Shown here: piece by piece, positions 1 to 13,857 of the stretch
Layout of the letters: every line of letters begins with the position of its first letter
Numbering within the stretch: the first letter of the stretch is position 1
NCBI GenBank assembly: GCA_964016885.1
Contig: CAXHJY010000013.1
Location: forward strand, 15,831-79,830
Direction of reading: 5' to 3'
From: Eledone cirrhosa
Taxonomy: Eukaryota
Length of the DNA: 64,000 nt
Notes under the pieces: model-generated
Database searches by the model: none
What the model was told of the DNA's origin: nothing
The model's input: the letters and a program-made list of their open reading frames with translations, nothing else
Program-made: the position numbers and the translations under genes

Positions 1-1634
1 CCTGCTCCAGCCACAGACTTCGTCTGTCGCCAACAGCAGGTTTGCTTTCAGAAATTCCCACTGTCCCTCTATATTGTCCGACTCTAAATGTTCTTCCTTA
101 CTGTCGAAAGCATCAAGTAATATGTTTTGAAATTTATTTTTGGCTGTGGGCTCCTTTAGCTTCCATATTTTTCTCCTGAGGATAGTCCTCTTCTGCTGTC
201 GAGTACGTCTCATCCTGACTATGAGGTCGCTAATTTTCAGTCTATGTTGGGAGGTGCATTCTTCATCGGGGAGGGATTTAGTGTTTACAACAGACACTCT
301 GTCACGTCTTCTGGTAAGGATATAATCTACCTGGCTTGTGTGTTCCCCGGATCTATAGGTGATCAGGTGATTGTCACGTTTTTTGAAGTTAGTGTTACAG
401 ATAGTTAGGTTATTTGCATCACAGAATTCCAGGATTCTGGAGCCTTCCTCATTTCTAGTACCAAACCCATAGCCTCCATGGATTTCGTCGTAGCCGTCAC
501 AATGTTGTCCAACGTGACCATTTAGGTCGCCTGCAATAATTATATAGTCACTGTCAGATATTTGGGAGGTAGTGAGCATCAGTGTCTCATAGAATCTGTC
601 TTTTGTAGTGCCGGGCAGTCCGGATTGGGGTGCGTACGCAGATATTACTGTCACCGTAGTTCTATTGAGGACAAGTCGTATTTTAATTATTCTGTCGTTC
701 ACTCTATTTACGTCTATTATCTTATCTGCCCACTTTTCTGCTACCATGATTCCTACTCCACCCAGCCCATCGCAGAAAAGCTTATAACATCGTTTTTTAC
801 CCTCAATGAATCTAGCAGACCCACCCCTCCACCTGGTCTCTTGAATACAACAAACATCGACCTCCTTACGTTCAAGCATTTCTACAACCTCGTTAGCGCG
901 ACCCTTTAGGGTGCCTACGTTTATGGTACCAACTCTGAAGTTTTGGATTGCGTTTGGAGGGTGGGGGTGGTGGGGGGAGATGGGGTTATGTTAGCCATCC
1001 GCGGGCGAAACAAAGAGGAGTGCTCGCATTCTCGTCCACGAGGTGAATTTGACTTTAACTTTGGCATTTTCGCTCTGAGCGTCCAGATTTTTCTCTCCCT
1101 TCCACTCTCCAGGATTCCGCAGTCCATCCATCCATCCATCCATCATATATCGAAGGCAACCGTGCAAGCGATAGTATAGGCCTCTGGCTTATGATTGGTC
1201 CGCGTAATAATAATAATAATGGTGATGCGTGTGGGGGGGGTCTCTGTCTTATAATAATAATAATGGTGATGCGTGTGGGGGGGAGGGGTCTCTGGCTTAT
1301 GATTGGTCCACGTATTAAGAATGGTGGTGTGTGGGAGGGGTGTGGGGTAGCTAGCTGGAAGGTTATGAATGTTTAACAAGCGATTAACAAAAAGCAAAAC
1401 TGCAAGATTTGTTCTGTTCAATACGACAAAAACACCGTATTTAAACCTTAATAAATAACAAAAAATACAGATTTCGGATTTTGCGAGATTGGATGTTTGG
1501 ACTATGTACGAAATTGTGGCGTGGAGTAGATAGGAAAAACGTGAACGTTACGATTACATGGTTACACCGTAGTAGGAATAGTTGAAGCAGCGATGGATTG
1601 GCGAAAGTGAATAAACATGAACGGGAATTTATCT

Positions 1635-1673
<39 letters not shown>

Positions 1674-1820
1674 AGCTAAGAGAGAGAGGAAGGGGAAGAG
1701 AGAGAGAGAGAGAGTGGGAAGGGGGAGAGAGAGAGTGGCTGACCGCAACCCCTCGTGCGTGAAGAAGATGGTGGGTGAAGGGTGTATGAGCAGGATTTTT
1801 GACTTTCGAGGTAGCATGAT
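1..1820 (-). mobile_element. RTE-clade LINE (subfamily A), 5' UTR and APE endonuclease region; continues off the left edge
   Basis: Reverse complement is closely similar to 59520-60925 (VGTINVGTLKG...SAYAPQ...GDLNGHVG). Frameshift in the poly-C tract near 960-980 and a 12-bp deletion near 770. The 5' limit is uncertain (1440-1820). Confidence 0.9.
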
Positions 1821-1944
1821 ATATATATTTAAAGTAATTTATAAGAAGTAGAATGGGAAGGATTTTGTTTTTTTTTGTTTGAGAATACGATAGAATTAAG
1901 GAATTGGAGGATACGATAGAATTAAGAATGGGAAGGATTTTGTT

Positions 1945-2112
1945 TTTTGTATGTATGTATATATATGTATGTATGTATGCATGTATATGTATGTATGTAT
2001 ATATATATATAAATATATATATGTATGTATGTATGTATATGTATGTATGTATATGTTTGTATGTATGTATGTATATGTATATGTATTTATGTATGTATGT
2101 ATGTATATGTAT
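1945..2112. repeat. (TATG/TA)n microsatellite
   Basis: Simple repeat read directly. Confidence 0.9.
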
Positions 2113-3239
2113 AAGGTAGAAAGAACTCTTTATTCTTGCTGGGGATAAGGCAGCCTCTGTAGGCGACATAAGATAGAGCAGACCCCTTATTCTTGCTGAA
2201 GACATGATACTTTTCCTAGTGTTAATGCCAGATTAAAATGGAATCTATACACCCTGTGAAGTGGTTTGGCCACCATGGAAAAGTGGACATAAAATGATGA
2301 TGATATACAGTGTTTAATGTGTTGTGAGAACTGTGTACTCTCTGCTATATATATTTGAATTTAATAGTATAGTTAATAAATATGTATACATACACGCACA
2401 CACGCAATTGTAATTGATGTATTTTTGTTTCTTCTAATTACTGTGTACATTTGAAGGTGTGCTTTACTTTTATGCTGTTATCTTTCTCAACTTTAACCAA
2501 GATCAGGTGTACAAACATAGTTAGAAATAACACCTTTTCCATTCTGAACTTTCATCAAGATATTTGAACAAAGCTAATACAAACACATTGTAGCACATCT
2601 CTACAGACTGAAATAAGTAAAAAATTTATGCAAAATAGATAATTGTTTTGAGCCAAGACAAGAGAAAAAAGGATTAGGCGGGCTATTAGAATAACCAACG
2701 GACTTCATGAAAGATATGGCTAAAAGCCAGTGGTCTAGATCTATTTTCTCTCCTTCTCCCGTTCTATTTATGCTGCTCTATAAATCTTTTTGTAACTCAT
2801 CTAACAATTATTATGTTCTGTTCAGATTACTGAAAGTCTTTAGTTGAGTGATTCAGTTGCTATAGTAACTAATCTACCTTTTATCGACATAGAATAATAT
2901 TGATCCTGTGAATCAGGAATTGTGATTAATAAAATGCTTTTTGGCTGGGCAGGAGGCCAACAGTGAAATGTTAACAGCATTGATCTACATAAATGTTGAT
3001 TCTTTTTTTACATTAAATTTTGATATTGGCTAATGAATTAATTATCTAGTTTTTATTAATATATTGAACATCATACTCCATCAATTATCATTATATACTG
3101 TTACTACCACAGTTTTTTGTCTATCATCTGTACACTATTAAGATAATGTCTTTGGGGTTATGTTATCACTTGTATCAGTTCACATCTTATATGAACATCA
3201 GCGTTAATTTCTGGTTTTAATTTGTTGTCTCCCCTACAG

Positions 3240-3416
3240 CTCAGCTACCATCCATCTCCCTAACATTCTCTTGGGTAAGGTCAGCTACCACCCACCTCCC
3301 CAACTTTTCTGTCAGTGAGCTCAGCTACACCCACTTCCCCAACATTCCCTTGGGTAAAGTCAACTGGCATCCACCTTCCCAACATTCCCTTGGGTCAGGT
3401 CAGCCAGCAGCCACCT
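3240..3416. repeat. Degenerate ~40-bp minisatellite, about 4.5 copies
   Basis: tcagctacca...cccaacattcccttgggt unit starts at about 3241, 3281, 3322, 3360 and 3400. Confidence 0.7.
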
Positions 3417-3539
3417 ATAATCTGAATACATTTGTCTGAACTCAGAAACAGCAGATAAAAAAATTAGCCTGTCTCACTCTATCTGATCAGATCAACATGA
3501 CCTTTCTAGTTTATTTTCTTCTATCATGTTCTACTTTTC

Positions 3540-3825
3540 AGTATTTCAGCACCAGTGAAAGGTAAAGATTACCTCCACTGGATTCGAAACTTGAATGTAA
3601 AAGGACATAACTAAATATTACATGACATTGCTATCCACCAACCTCAATAATGATAATCATTTCTAACATAGACACAAGGCCAGCAATTAGAGGTTGGGGG
3701 AAAATAGTTGATTATATTGATCCAGTACTTGACATGTACTTTATTTTATCGGCCTTGGATGGTCAAAAAGCAAAGTTGTTGTGGCCAGATTTCAACTTAG
3801 AATGTAAATTACTATAATAGAATAC
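3540..3825 (-). mobile_element. Degenerate tRNA-derived SINE copies
   Basis: Reverse complement of the ...gataaaataaagtac...ggccttgtg module seen in the SINE at 13858. Confidence 0.55.
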
Positions 3826-3899
3826 TGAAAATGTGCTCATTTTACTGCCAAGTAGGCTTTTATTCTTTTGATTACCAGTTGGCAGGTTTTTAGTCATAA

Positions 3900-4400
3900 A
3901 TCTGCTATCATGTTAACAAATTCATGAGTGATTACAGCTCATAATTCTTGAATACTGGTGAGGTTGAATTGACAGTCTTTATTTTTGAGATACTCCCACA
4001 CGAAGAAATCAGAGATAGAGGCCATTTTCTAGATATTCCTCAATTTCCTATACAGTGGTCAATTAAATGTTTGCTTAACCATGTTCTTGTGATCTTTACA
4101 ACTGAGGTTGGGGCCAATCCTACTGAAAATGTATGAATCAATGTTAGGCAATATAAGAATAGCCCAGCCCAAACACATGATCTCAGACTTGCCACACCTT
4201 CCATGACAATCTGAAGAGGATTATCTGTATCATAAAACGTGTTGAATAATGATTCCATTCATATAAAATGTGTCATTTGACCAAAGCAGTAAATAACATC
4301 AACATTTCCTTGTAGAATTTAGCTCAATGACCAAACTGTCTTCATTTATTGTGTGTACATGTCCAGAATGCAACACAAATGATATTTAGTTGATATTCAG
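3900..4400 (-). pseudogene. Fossil Tc1/mariner-superfamily transposase fragment
   Basis: Minus-strand remnants HFYMNG..DNP..CVWAG, GLAP..RTWL..IG and DFFVWEYLKNK match DEAHFxLNG / QDGAP / DFFLWGYLK motifs; several stops and frameshifts. Confidence 0.6.
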
Positions 4401-4699
4401 TTGAGTTAAACTATGAATATGAGATGTCAGAGTATGTTGTTCATAATGTTAGCTAACTAGCTGCATGCTGTTTTTGTTTCGACCGACACTGGGCACAGAA
4501 TATGAACCAGGCATATCATTAATTCAACTGTTTCTGAAATGAAAATGTATACATATAAAACTTGATAATTTATATAGTATTATTTTAAAAGTCAGGCCAG
4601 GCCATTGCCTGATACTACTACCATGTAACCCAGCTTCATGGTTGAGTGGTCAGCAACTAAACTAGCTCCCCCACCAGACCCTGTCCCCTTTCCTACTTA

Positions 4700-5570
4700 T
4701 TAGTACTTTTGTCTTTGCTAAGTTTAGTTTTAGGTCTTTCAACTCTAGGTTCTTCTTTCATGTTTCAAGTTGTGTTTCTAACGCCTACAGATTCAGTTAT
4801 AAGGACTAGGTAATCAGAATATAAGAGCTCCCTTGGAGTGCCAGTTTTAAACTCCTCAGTGATGGCCTGAAGAACAAGATTAACAGGAGTTGACTGAAGA
4901 CTGAGTGTTGGTGGATGTCCACCTGTACTTTAAATTCATCACTATACTTGGTTGCTCCTTTATACATGGCCTGTATGGCCCTTACAAGCCATTAATTTAC
5001 ACCTAGCTTCCTAAGTGTTCACTAATTACAGAGTGTGGGACCCTGTCAAAGGCCTTCTCCCTATTTACAAAAGCCAGGCACAGTGGATTACTCTTAGCTA
5101 AGTACCTCGCCTACAATTGTCTCACTATAAAGAGGGCATCAATAGTACTCCTGCCTGGCATAAATCCAAACTGTATTTCATCTAATTTGATTCTGTTCCT
5201 AATTAGTTGTGCAATTTTCATGACTTGGTTCATCAACTTGATACCTCTGTATTTACTTCTCTCTAGTACATCTCCTTTGCCTTTGCAGCAGTTTACAATG
5301 ATACTGCTGCATGAGTCATTGGGTATGGCCCCTTCGCTTGAATAATATGTGTCTAACTAGCAAATATTCTACCATGCCAGAAGCTTTTAGCATCTCAGCA
5401 ACTATCCCAGCTAGACCAGCTGTCTTCCTTACCTTCATGTCCTTAATTGCTTTATCTATAACACTGCTTTTATAGCTGGTCCCTCAGTTGGATCTACATG
5501 GGGTAGGCCATTGCTGTTCAATTTATTCTCTCCATTCAGCAATCTCTCATAGTAAGTTTTCCATGCTTAT
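4700..5570 (-). mobile_element. Old degenerate RTE LINE fragment (RT region)
   Basis: Decayed KGKGD..YRGIKL, QFGF..G.ST.DALF, EKAFDRV and VHQ.SV motifs on the minus strand. Confidence 0.75.
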
Positions 5571-5692
5571 ATAAATATAAACAAACTTATGATTTTATGG
5601 AGCACTAGGAGAATGTATGCCCCCCCCCCCCAAATGACTATAATAAGTTGATAAAAATAATAGTTGATAAAATTGGGTACATTACCCTTAAT

Positions 5693-5881
5693 CAGGGATC
5701 TCCAACCTGTGGCACTAGGGCTGCATGCAGCCCTTAAGGATGTTCAGTGCAGCCCTCAGAACAAGATAAGAATTATGCTCTTATCCAGCAGATTGCACAT
5801 AGCCAGCAACTAAATGACAGGATTTTTTGCTATGTTTCATATAGTTGTGCCAATTTTTATATAAATTTAAACTACTTTGCA

Positions 5882-5922
<41 letters not shown>

Positions 5923-6299
5923 ATAATATATATTGTAAAAGGAAACCTGTCTCTCTGTCTGTCTGTTACACTTCATATGTATATATATACATATATATGT
6001 GTGTGGAGGGAAATTCAACATATAGGTAATGCAACTTCAAAAAAGGACAAGAATTGTGTGTGCTTGTGTGTTTCTCTATGTCCTTCAACATAACGCGACA
6101 GACTTCAAAAGACTTTCTCGGAAAAAAATCCCTGTGTGTCTAACAAATTTCGATTGAAAATGCAGCAATTTTAAGTGCAAGTCTGTCATCATAAAAATGT
6201 GAACTGTCTTTTGTAGTATGAATAATTCTAATATGTGGCCCTCATCTAAATTTGGAATGCTAATGTGGCCCTTTCATGCAAAAAGGTTGGGGACCTCTG
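5693..6299. mobile_element. hAT (Charlie-like) MITE
   Basis: TIRs CAGGGATCTCCAACCT / AGGTTGGGGACCTCTG; 8-bp TSD cccttaat / cccttagt (7/8); internal (GTA)n. Confidence 0.75.
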
Positions 6300-6440
6300 C
6301 CCTTAGTGATGGAAAAAAGGGACAGGAGCAACGATGAGAAAACAAACCCCATATCTCTCGAATAGGTACTTCTGTTCACCTTTTTCGATCTCTAAAGGGT
6401 AAATTTCTTGATTTATATCCGATATAATTTCTCATAATAA

Positions 6441-6655
6441 GGGTGGTGGGTTGGCAGTATCAGAGTGTCGGACATGCTTTGTGACATACAGTTATGTCCC
6501 TTTACATTCTGAGTTCAAATACCACCGAGATTAGCTTTGTCTTTCATCCTTACAGTGTTGATAAAATAAAGTACAAATAACGCACTGGGGGTTAATTTAA
6601 TAGATTCCCCTTCTCCAAAATTGCTGACCTTGTGCTTAAATCAGAAACCATTATT
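6441..6655 (+). mobile_element. tRNA-derived SINE (Nin/Deu-like central domain)
   Basis: A-box-like tggcagtatc, B-box gagttcaaatacc, then tttgtctttcatcc...gataaaataaagtac. Confidence 0.7.
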
Positions 6656-7327
6656 TATAGTAATAGACTTACTACAGCCCTTTTCTGTGTTTGGGGGATA
6701 CACATATTGTGTGTGTTTTCACACAGAATCTGTGTTTATTATACATCTGCTAGATGAAATATCAGAAAAGAAAAATCATTTTCTCTTGAAGGAGAGATTA
6801 GTAGGTTAAACCTATTTGTAGAGTATACAAACTAGAATTCAGCTAAACTGCACAATCTAATTTGCATAACAGTGCATGTGGTGACAATGCAGATTAAATT
6901 AATTCATATGTGTACTAGATAGCATTTTTTGAATAATTTGAAATGTTTAATAAACATACAATTCTAGCCTCACCGTGAAAAGTAAACAAAATTGACCTGT
7001 GACTAAACAACACCAAAGACCTAGGGAAGTTTAAGAAAATGATCTAACAAAGTAAAGTCTGGATAGATTTAACTTATTTTTAGAAATATTTCAGGGTTGT
7101 TCCTGATGTAATAGTGTTACAATGTGTATGTGTATTTATTTATTTATTTATTTATTTATGTATATATATATGTACATAATATAGTTAGAAACTGTATATA
7201 ATAGTTATAAATATGTTGTAAACTAATGAATGAATGGATTTAGCCAACATTCTATGCAGTCAGCTGGCTTGTTCACTGTAGCAGCTGAGTGTCTCACAAT
7301 AATCTTGCCAACATTAGAAACATATTT

Positions 7328-7557
7328 TAATCCTTTTGTTACTATATTTCTAATAAAATACACTGTATTTGAATTAATTAATGAAGAATTTAGTGGGATT
7401 TATTAAAATAATTTCTTTATTAATAAGGTAGCATTATTTATAAGGTAACAATATTTGTAACAGAACAGTGTTGGAAAGTTTTATTATAAATAGGAACACT
7501 TAAAAATGGGTGATTTTATTTCATAGAACCAGAGCTGGTAGGTATCAAAAGGGTCAA
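7328..7557. mobile_element. piggyBac-like (TTAA) MITE, degenerate
   Basis: Ends ttaatccttttgttac...gtatcaaaagggtcaa; related ends at about 22241, 22430-22592 and 39045. Confidence 0.5.
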
Positions 7558-7974
7558 GTTCTAGTGTCAAGCAGCATGCCCATAATATTGACAGGATGGC
7601 CATGGGTATAGACTTTAATGGAAAGCTTTATTTGATCCAGTAACCTCTGTATTATATATGGGTTATTCAGATGACTGAGGGATATATAACAACATAACTG
7701 TGATCAAGTATACATCCTTACAGAATTCAAATCTCTCTCTCTCTCTGTATATAACAAAGAGGGTGGGGTAAGATACCAGATGAACTACAATGCACCAGAG
7801 CACTCAATATTTAAAGTAGTAGAGGGGTAATAGGAAAAGAGTCAGGACCCCGATGGCTGAGTTCCGAGCGTTTGCAACAATGCAATCTTTTCTCCTGCAT
7901 ACCAACTCGGATTCCCCGAAAACCCAGGTTCTCCCTCAGTTTATCCAAGCTTTATCTTTCTCTCACATTTATTT

Positions 7975-8470
7975 TGCACATCCAACGAAGCTTAGCTGCT
8001 TCATTTCTCTGCAGTGTACACAGTTTCTGCAGTCACTAGCCATGTTTCACTAACATGCAGCATTGACTTCATACACAGGCGTCATACAGTCGTCCTTTTG
8101 TATGTAAGGGAAAACATTTTGTTGTCAACTGGGAGTAGCTTACTAAACTTCTTCCATCCTATCCTTATTCTAGTTATGTTCTCAGAGCACCTTCCTCCAG
8201 TGATGATTATGTTTCCCAGATAGCAGAAGCTGTTAACCACTTTAATGGATCCTTCCTGTGACTTGAAGAGGTTTATATCACTGCTCTTCTTCCTTTTGAT
8301 TACTCCTGTGCATCTTCTACATACAAAGTCTTCTTTCCTGTTAGTCTACCCATTATTCCACTACATCTCTTGTGTACCCAAGATTTACATTGTGTATGCC
8401 ATATGGAGTTTATGCCTACTCCTTTTCTACATGTGGAGCAGGGACACTTCCCTGAAGGAATCCGGGTCTT
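7975..8470 (-). mobile_element. Degenerate RTE fragment including the PHD-finger region
   Basis: Minus ORF 8300-8809 contains PSGKCPCSTCRKGVGINSIWHTQCKSWVHKRCSGI; YLG..GCSE..RIRIGWKKF remnants follow. Confidence 0.8.
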
Positions 8471-8658
8471 ATTACATATATATATAATTCTCTCCATACA
8501 TTTGACTTTTGTATATATATTTTTACCTTTGCTATATATATACATACACACATGCACGTTACATAACTTGTCCAACCCATGCAAGCATGAAGGTAATATG
8601 ATGAAATATACACACACACATATATGTGTGTATGTATATATACACATATATTTACATG

Positions 8659-8692
<34 letters not shown>

Positions 8693-9173
8693 TAGATATT
8701 TACATGTATATATATTTATATATGTACACATACACATACATATTATTTTCCTGCTCATGTTTAGGACACTGTTAAGTATGTATCTTAGTATATTTTTAAC
8801 TTGAAGCACTTCAGAGTGTCTGACTAATTATCTCAGTCAATTGTAATGTACTACTAGAATTGGTGTAGATTGGCTATGAACCCTGACTACAATTAGAGAA
8901 ATTTGATAGGGGAATGAATAAGTTTTTTGTCAGGAATATATGCATTCAAAGTCTTCACCAGCACAACAGTACTGATAGAATTAATTATTAGTGTAGTTTC
9001 ATTTGAATTGAGCCTTGTATCTGCAGAGTTAAATGTCTCGAGTGAGAAAGAGAGAGTCATCATCAGAGTGGCTTGATCATACCTTGACCTTACCACAAAC
9101 ACTGTTTTTAATGGTAATAAACAATCTATAAAGAGTTGTTTAACCAATTCTTGTGGTTATTTAGCCTTAGGTC

Positions 9174-9572
9174 AAGGGTGGTAGATTGGCAGTCATTAGC
9201 AGTATTTGATTTGACTCTTTACTTTCTTAGTTCAAATCCTGCTGAGGTCAACTTTGCCATCATAAAGTTCCAGTCAAATATTGGAGTCGATATAACTTTC
9301 TCATCATCATCCTCATCCTCCTGACAAATTTTTGGCCTTGTGCCTGAATTAGAAATCATTATTTAGTCTCAGGAGGGTGATAGATTGGCAGAATTAGTAG
9401 AGTATTGGACAAGGTGCCTATGTGGTATTTGTTCTGGCTCTTTTTGTTCTCAGTTCAAACCTCGCTGAGTTCAATTTTGCCTTTGATCCTTCCGAGGTCG
9501 TTAAAATAAAGTACCTGTCAAGTACTGGGTCGATATAAATCACTGGCCTTGTGCCAAAATTAGAATCTATTA
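9174..9572 (+). mobile_element. Two tandem tRNA-derived SINE copies
   Basis: Each has gattggcag..., gttcaaa.c.gctgag.tcaa.tttgcc and a ggccttgtgcc.aaattagaa 3' end. Confidence 0.7.
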
Positions 9573-9884
9573 TTTAGCCTCAGGTCAGACCTAATTGAAC
9601 AAACTTATGATTAAAGGTGTTCAAGCCAGGATCATGTCTTTGTTTCAGTTATAATGTCTCCAGTATTATCTGAATATACAGTTCTTTTCATTTTCAAAAC
9701 AGTTGAGTGTGTTTTGATGGATATTTGGCTACTATTTCTAGCAGGTCATATTGTCATGTAGGACTCTCTTAGCTTGTTTGTGTTTGTGTATGTGTAGAAA
9801 TACAACTATGGTTTAATGGCATTGTCTTATGTCAAATCTTGGTGAAACAATCTCACTGTATTGGGTTATTTAACTGTATAATCT

Positions 9885-10049
9885 CTGTTTAACATTTAAA
9901 CCGGCCATATCCGGCCAGAATTTTCTCACATCATTCTGTTCAAACCAGCTGTAACCGGTCACTCATACTGATGTTAAGGAATTGTTCTCAAAATGAATAT
10001 CAAAATCTCATATTATGTGAGATGATTATTTGAGGTAAATGCTAAACGG
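9885..10049. mobile_element. piggyBac-like MITE, inverted relative to the 38062-38269 copy
   Basis: tttaaaccggccatatccggccagaattttctc...actgatgttaagg is the reverse complement of about 38175-38260; ends aaatgctaaacggTTAA. Confidence 0.6.
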
Positions 10050-10127
10050 TTAACTGATGTCACAGAGAAGGAGACTGAAGTAAAAAGGCTTCATTAGAAT
10101 TATTAGATTATTGAAATATTATAGTTA

Positions 10128-10306
10128 CAGGTAAAATTCCATTATAACAAATACCATTATAACGAATTTTTCAGTATAATGTAATTTTTTTCCATCCCCG
10201 AGGTAATAACAAACAAGCACTCGAATTGTTTCGGTCGATCTCATTGTAAAGAATTTTTTGTTACAACAAATTTTTTTTTAAATTTCATTATATCAAAATT
10301 GTACTG
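10128..10306. mobile_element. Tc1/pogo-like MITE, degenerate
   Basis: TA-CAG...CTG-TA termini with internal ttataac subterminal repeats. Confidence 0.45.
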
Positions 10307-10694
10307 TATAGTTTAGTTACTGATGAAGACTGTATGAGAGTGATGGGTGTAACAGCCATGAGTACTACCCCTCTTCTGATTAGTTTATTTAAAAAAATCT
10401 ATAATAATTATTATAGGCCTGAAAATGAAATTTAAAGCTTACATCTATGCAGGTTTAGCTGATCTCCTATGAGGTATCTCACAAGATGCTTTTCAAGTGT
10501 TTTAATGAGAGGCGCCCCAGTGCTATCATGAAAGACAACATGAAATGCAGTGTCTTGCTCAAGAACATAACCCACTGCTCAACACTTTAACCACTAGGCC
10601 ACATTTAATGGGATTTAGTTATGTTCTGAGTCCTTATTCCAACAGGGTTGACTTTTGGGATTAATAACTAAATACAAAATATTGGAGTCAATCT

Positions 10695-11100
10695 TTTGCA
10701 ATTATTATTGGGTTAACTTTGTCTTTCATCCTTTTGGGGTTGATAAAATAAAGTACTAGTAAAATACTGGGGTTGATAAGTTTCCTCTCCTCCTAAATTT
10801 TTTGGAATTGTGCCTACATTAGAAACCATTATTATTCGGTGAATTGGCAGTATCGGTAGAGGGTCGGACGTCATGCTTTGACGCATAGAATTACGGCCCT
10901 TTCCATTCTGAGTTCACATCCCGCCGAGGTGAACTTTGCCTTTCATCCTTACGGGGTCGATAAAATAAAGTACCAGTAATGTACTGGGTAATTGCTGGCC
11001 TTGTGCCAAAAGTAGAAACAATTATTGTGGTGGAACGTCGGACAAAATGCTTTGCGGCATAGAGCTGCGGCCCTTTACACTCTGAGTTCAAATTCGACGT
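10695..11100 (+). mobile_element. Cluster of tRNA-derived SINE copies
   Basis: Best copy 10837-11025: ggtgaattggcagtatcggtagag...ctgagttcacatcccgccgaggtgaactttgcctttcatccttacggggtcgataaaataaagtacc. Confidence 0.75.
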
Positions 11101-11427
11101 ATATTTGAGTATATACATTAATAGGAACTCTTTAAAAATGGGTGGTTTTGTTTCAAAGAACTAGTGGGTTTTGACTGGGTTAAGTGATAGGATGTTGGTA
11201 CGGTGGTCATTTTGAATGTTGGTCAACAAAACAGTATAAGTAATAACTGCTCAATTACACCATAAATTTGTGGCATGCTTAGTGGGCAAAGAAAGTAATG
11301 TTGGACTGAATTAAAATGCCTTACACTTCTATGTATAGTTTCTTCCATCTGCACTTTTGAGTTTAAACCCTCTTCTGATTGATTTTTTTTTTTTTTTAGT
11401 TTTTCAATAAAATTAATTCAACTGAAT

Positions 11428-13047
11428 AAAACTAGGTGTTGACGAATGGCTTGTGAGAGCCATACAAGCCATGTATAAAGAAACAGTCAGCAAGGTTAGA
11501 ATTAACAACGAATATAGTGAAGAGTTTAGCGTAAAAGTTGGTGTCCATCAGGGCTCTGTTCTTAGCCCCCTTCTATTTATTATTGCCCTTCAGGCTATAA
11601 CAGAGGAGTTCAAGACCGGCTGCCCATGGGAACTCCTATACGCAGATGATCTAACGCTCATAGCTGAATCAATGGCTGAGCTAGAGAAGAAATTCCAAAC
11701 ATGGAAGCACGGCCTAGAATCAAAAGGCCTTAAAATTAACCTGGCTAAGACTAAAGTTCTAGTTTGTAGGAAAGAAAATAAGGCGCCGGTCCCCTCCGGG
11801 AAATGGCCATGCTCAGTGTGTAGGAAAGGCGTAGGTAGAAACTCCATTTTATGTCCCAAATGCAAAGTATGGGTGCATAAAAGATGTAGTGGGATCACAG
11901 GTAAGCTAACTAAGAACACAGATTTTACATGTAGCCGGTGCTCTGGTGCAATAAGTAGCAGCAAGTGCCCACAAAATACTCTTTCAATTGCGCAGAGGGT
12001 TCTATAGAAATAGTGGACAGCTTCCGTTACCTGGGTGACAAAATCAGCAGTGGGGGAGGGTGCTCTGAAAGTACTGTAGCTAGAGTCAGAACTGGATGGA
12101 AAAAGTTCAGAGAGCTTATACCACTATTAGCCGCTAAAGGGTTCTCCCTAAAAATGAAAGGCAGGTTGTATGATGCCTGCATACGAACAGCAATGTTGCA
12201 TGGCAGTGAGACCTGGGCATTGTGTGCAGAGGATATACGCAGACTAGAGAGGAACGAAGCTTGCATGCTCCGCTGGATGTGTAATAGTAATATACGTGAA
12301 CGGCAAAGCATAAACGAACTAAGGAAAAAATTAGAAATAAGAGGGATCAGATGTTGTTTACTCGAGAGAAGGCTACGTTGGTATGGTCACGTGATGCGCA
12401 TGAAAGACGACAGCTGTATAACAAAGTGCAGGGCAATAAAGATAGACGGTAGCCACGGAGTAGGCAGACCCAGGAAAACCTGGGACGAGCTGATAAATTC
12501 CGACCTCACACACTTACACCTCACCAAGACAATGTCACTGGACCGAGACCTTTGGCGGTACTCAGTAACAGAGAAGACCCGCCTTACCTAAATACAAAGT
12601 AAAACCTACTAGCCAGTAGGCATCTCTAACAAAATACACCCCCGTCCCACCCCATCCACACCGCCCCCTTCAATGCAAAGTTATGTTGGTGCCACAACAT
12701 CCAGGCCGAAACAAATGAGATCGTGTAGGTGTCACGACAAAAAACACACAGTCCACGCTGTAATGTGGCCGTGTAGGCAACACGGTAAAAACCTCCCAGT
12801 CCCACACTGTAAATGTGGTTGGTGTTAGGAAGGGCATCCAGCTGTAATGTGGCCGTGTAGGCAACGCGGTAAAAACCTCCCAGCCCCACACTGTAAATGT
12901 GGTTGGTGTTAGGAAGGGCATCCAGCTGTAGAAAACCCGCCAGACAGTCCTATGCGAGCAAGACAACCACTCTTGCCTCAAGTGGGAAAACCCCCGTCCA
13001 AATCCATGCAAGCGTGGAACAGGGACGTTAAACGATGATGATGATGA
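11428..13047 (+). mobile_element. 5'-truncated RTE LINE (subfamily A)
   Basis: ORFs 11453-12007 and 11965-12591 (QGSVLSP, YADD, PHD finger, RRLRWYGHV) split by a 4-bp deletion near 11980; 3' UTR and (GAT)n tail. Confidence 0.95.
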
Positions 13048-13857
13048 TACAAGGCCTGTTAGCAGACATGTCACCTGGTTGGTAGGGCTGGGAGGTGTTG
13101 GGGGGATCTGGATGGCACACCCCTTCTCCCTCCCTAATTTTCAATGGTGCACCCACAGATTTACAGTGATATGTTTATCCTGAAATCCTACCTTAGAATT
13201 TTTGGGAATTAGAGTGTCCATCCAGAATGTTCTGGTACCAAAAAAGGGTGACAGACTTGACAATTGGGCTGTTTCTCGCTCCTTCATTTTTCTCTCTTTT
13301 TCTAGCTCCCCCTTCTCTCTCTAGCTCTCTCTCTCTCTACTTTCTCACTCTCCCAATGCACTCTCTCTCCACCTCTCTCTGTCTCTCACTATTTTGAACC
13401 AAAGACGTTTTTGTGCCGGTTGCCATTCAATTGTTTTTCTTTTTTTTATTAATTTAATTGAAATTTGTTGAAAAAAGAATTTTCTTGAATAGTACAAAAT
13501 AACACTATGATTGCATCATATTCAACATTAAAGTCTTTCCTCTAATACTGCACATGTTCACAAGTAAAGATAGGCTTAACATTTGAATGAGATAATTTCT
13601 GCTAAATCATTACAGAATGTTCAGAGTTAACAACATGACCTGTTGTCAATGTAAAATAATTGTTTGTGTTTCTTGCTGTTGGAATTGCTTATTAATCATG
13701 CTGTCAGCTCGATTTATTTCCCGATTGTTATGAAGAATAACCTGTTTATGTTGTTACTGTTGTTTGATGTCGTCGTTATTGTTGTTGTTCATGAAGTAAC
13801 CCACATGTCAACCAATCAGTCAGGTGTGTTAGGATCTTTATTATTTAACTCAACTTA

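Noticed and set aside
10320-10345. CTGATGA as another hammerhead core
   Set aside because: No stem II, GAAA or stem I partner nearby.
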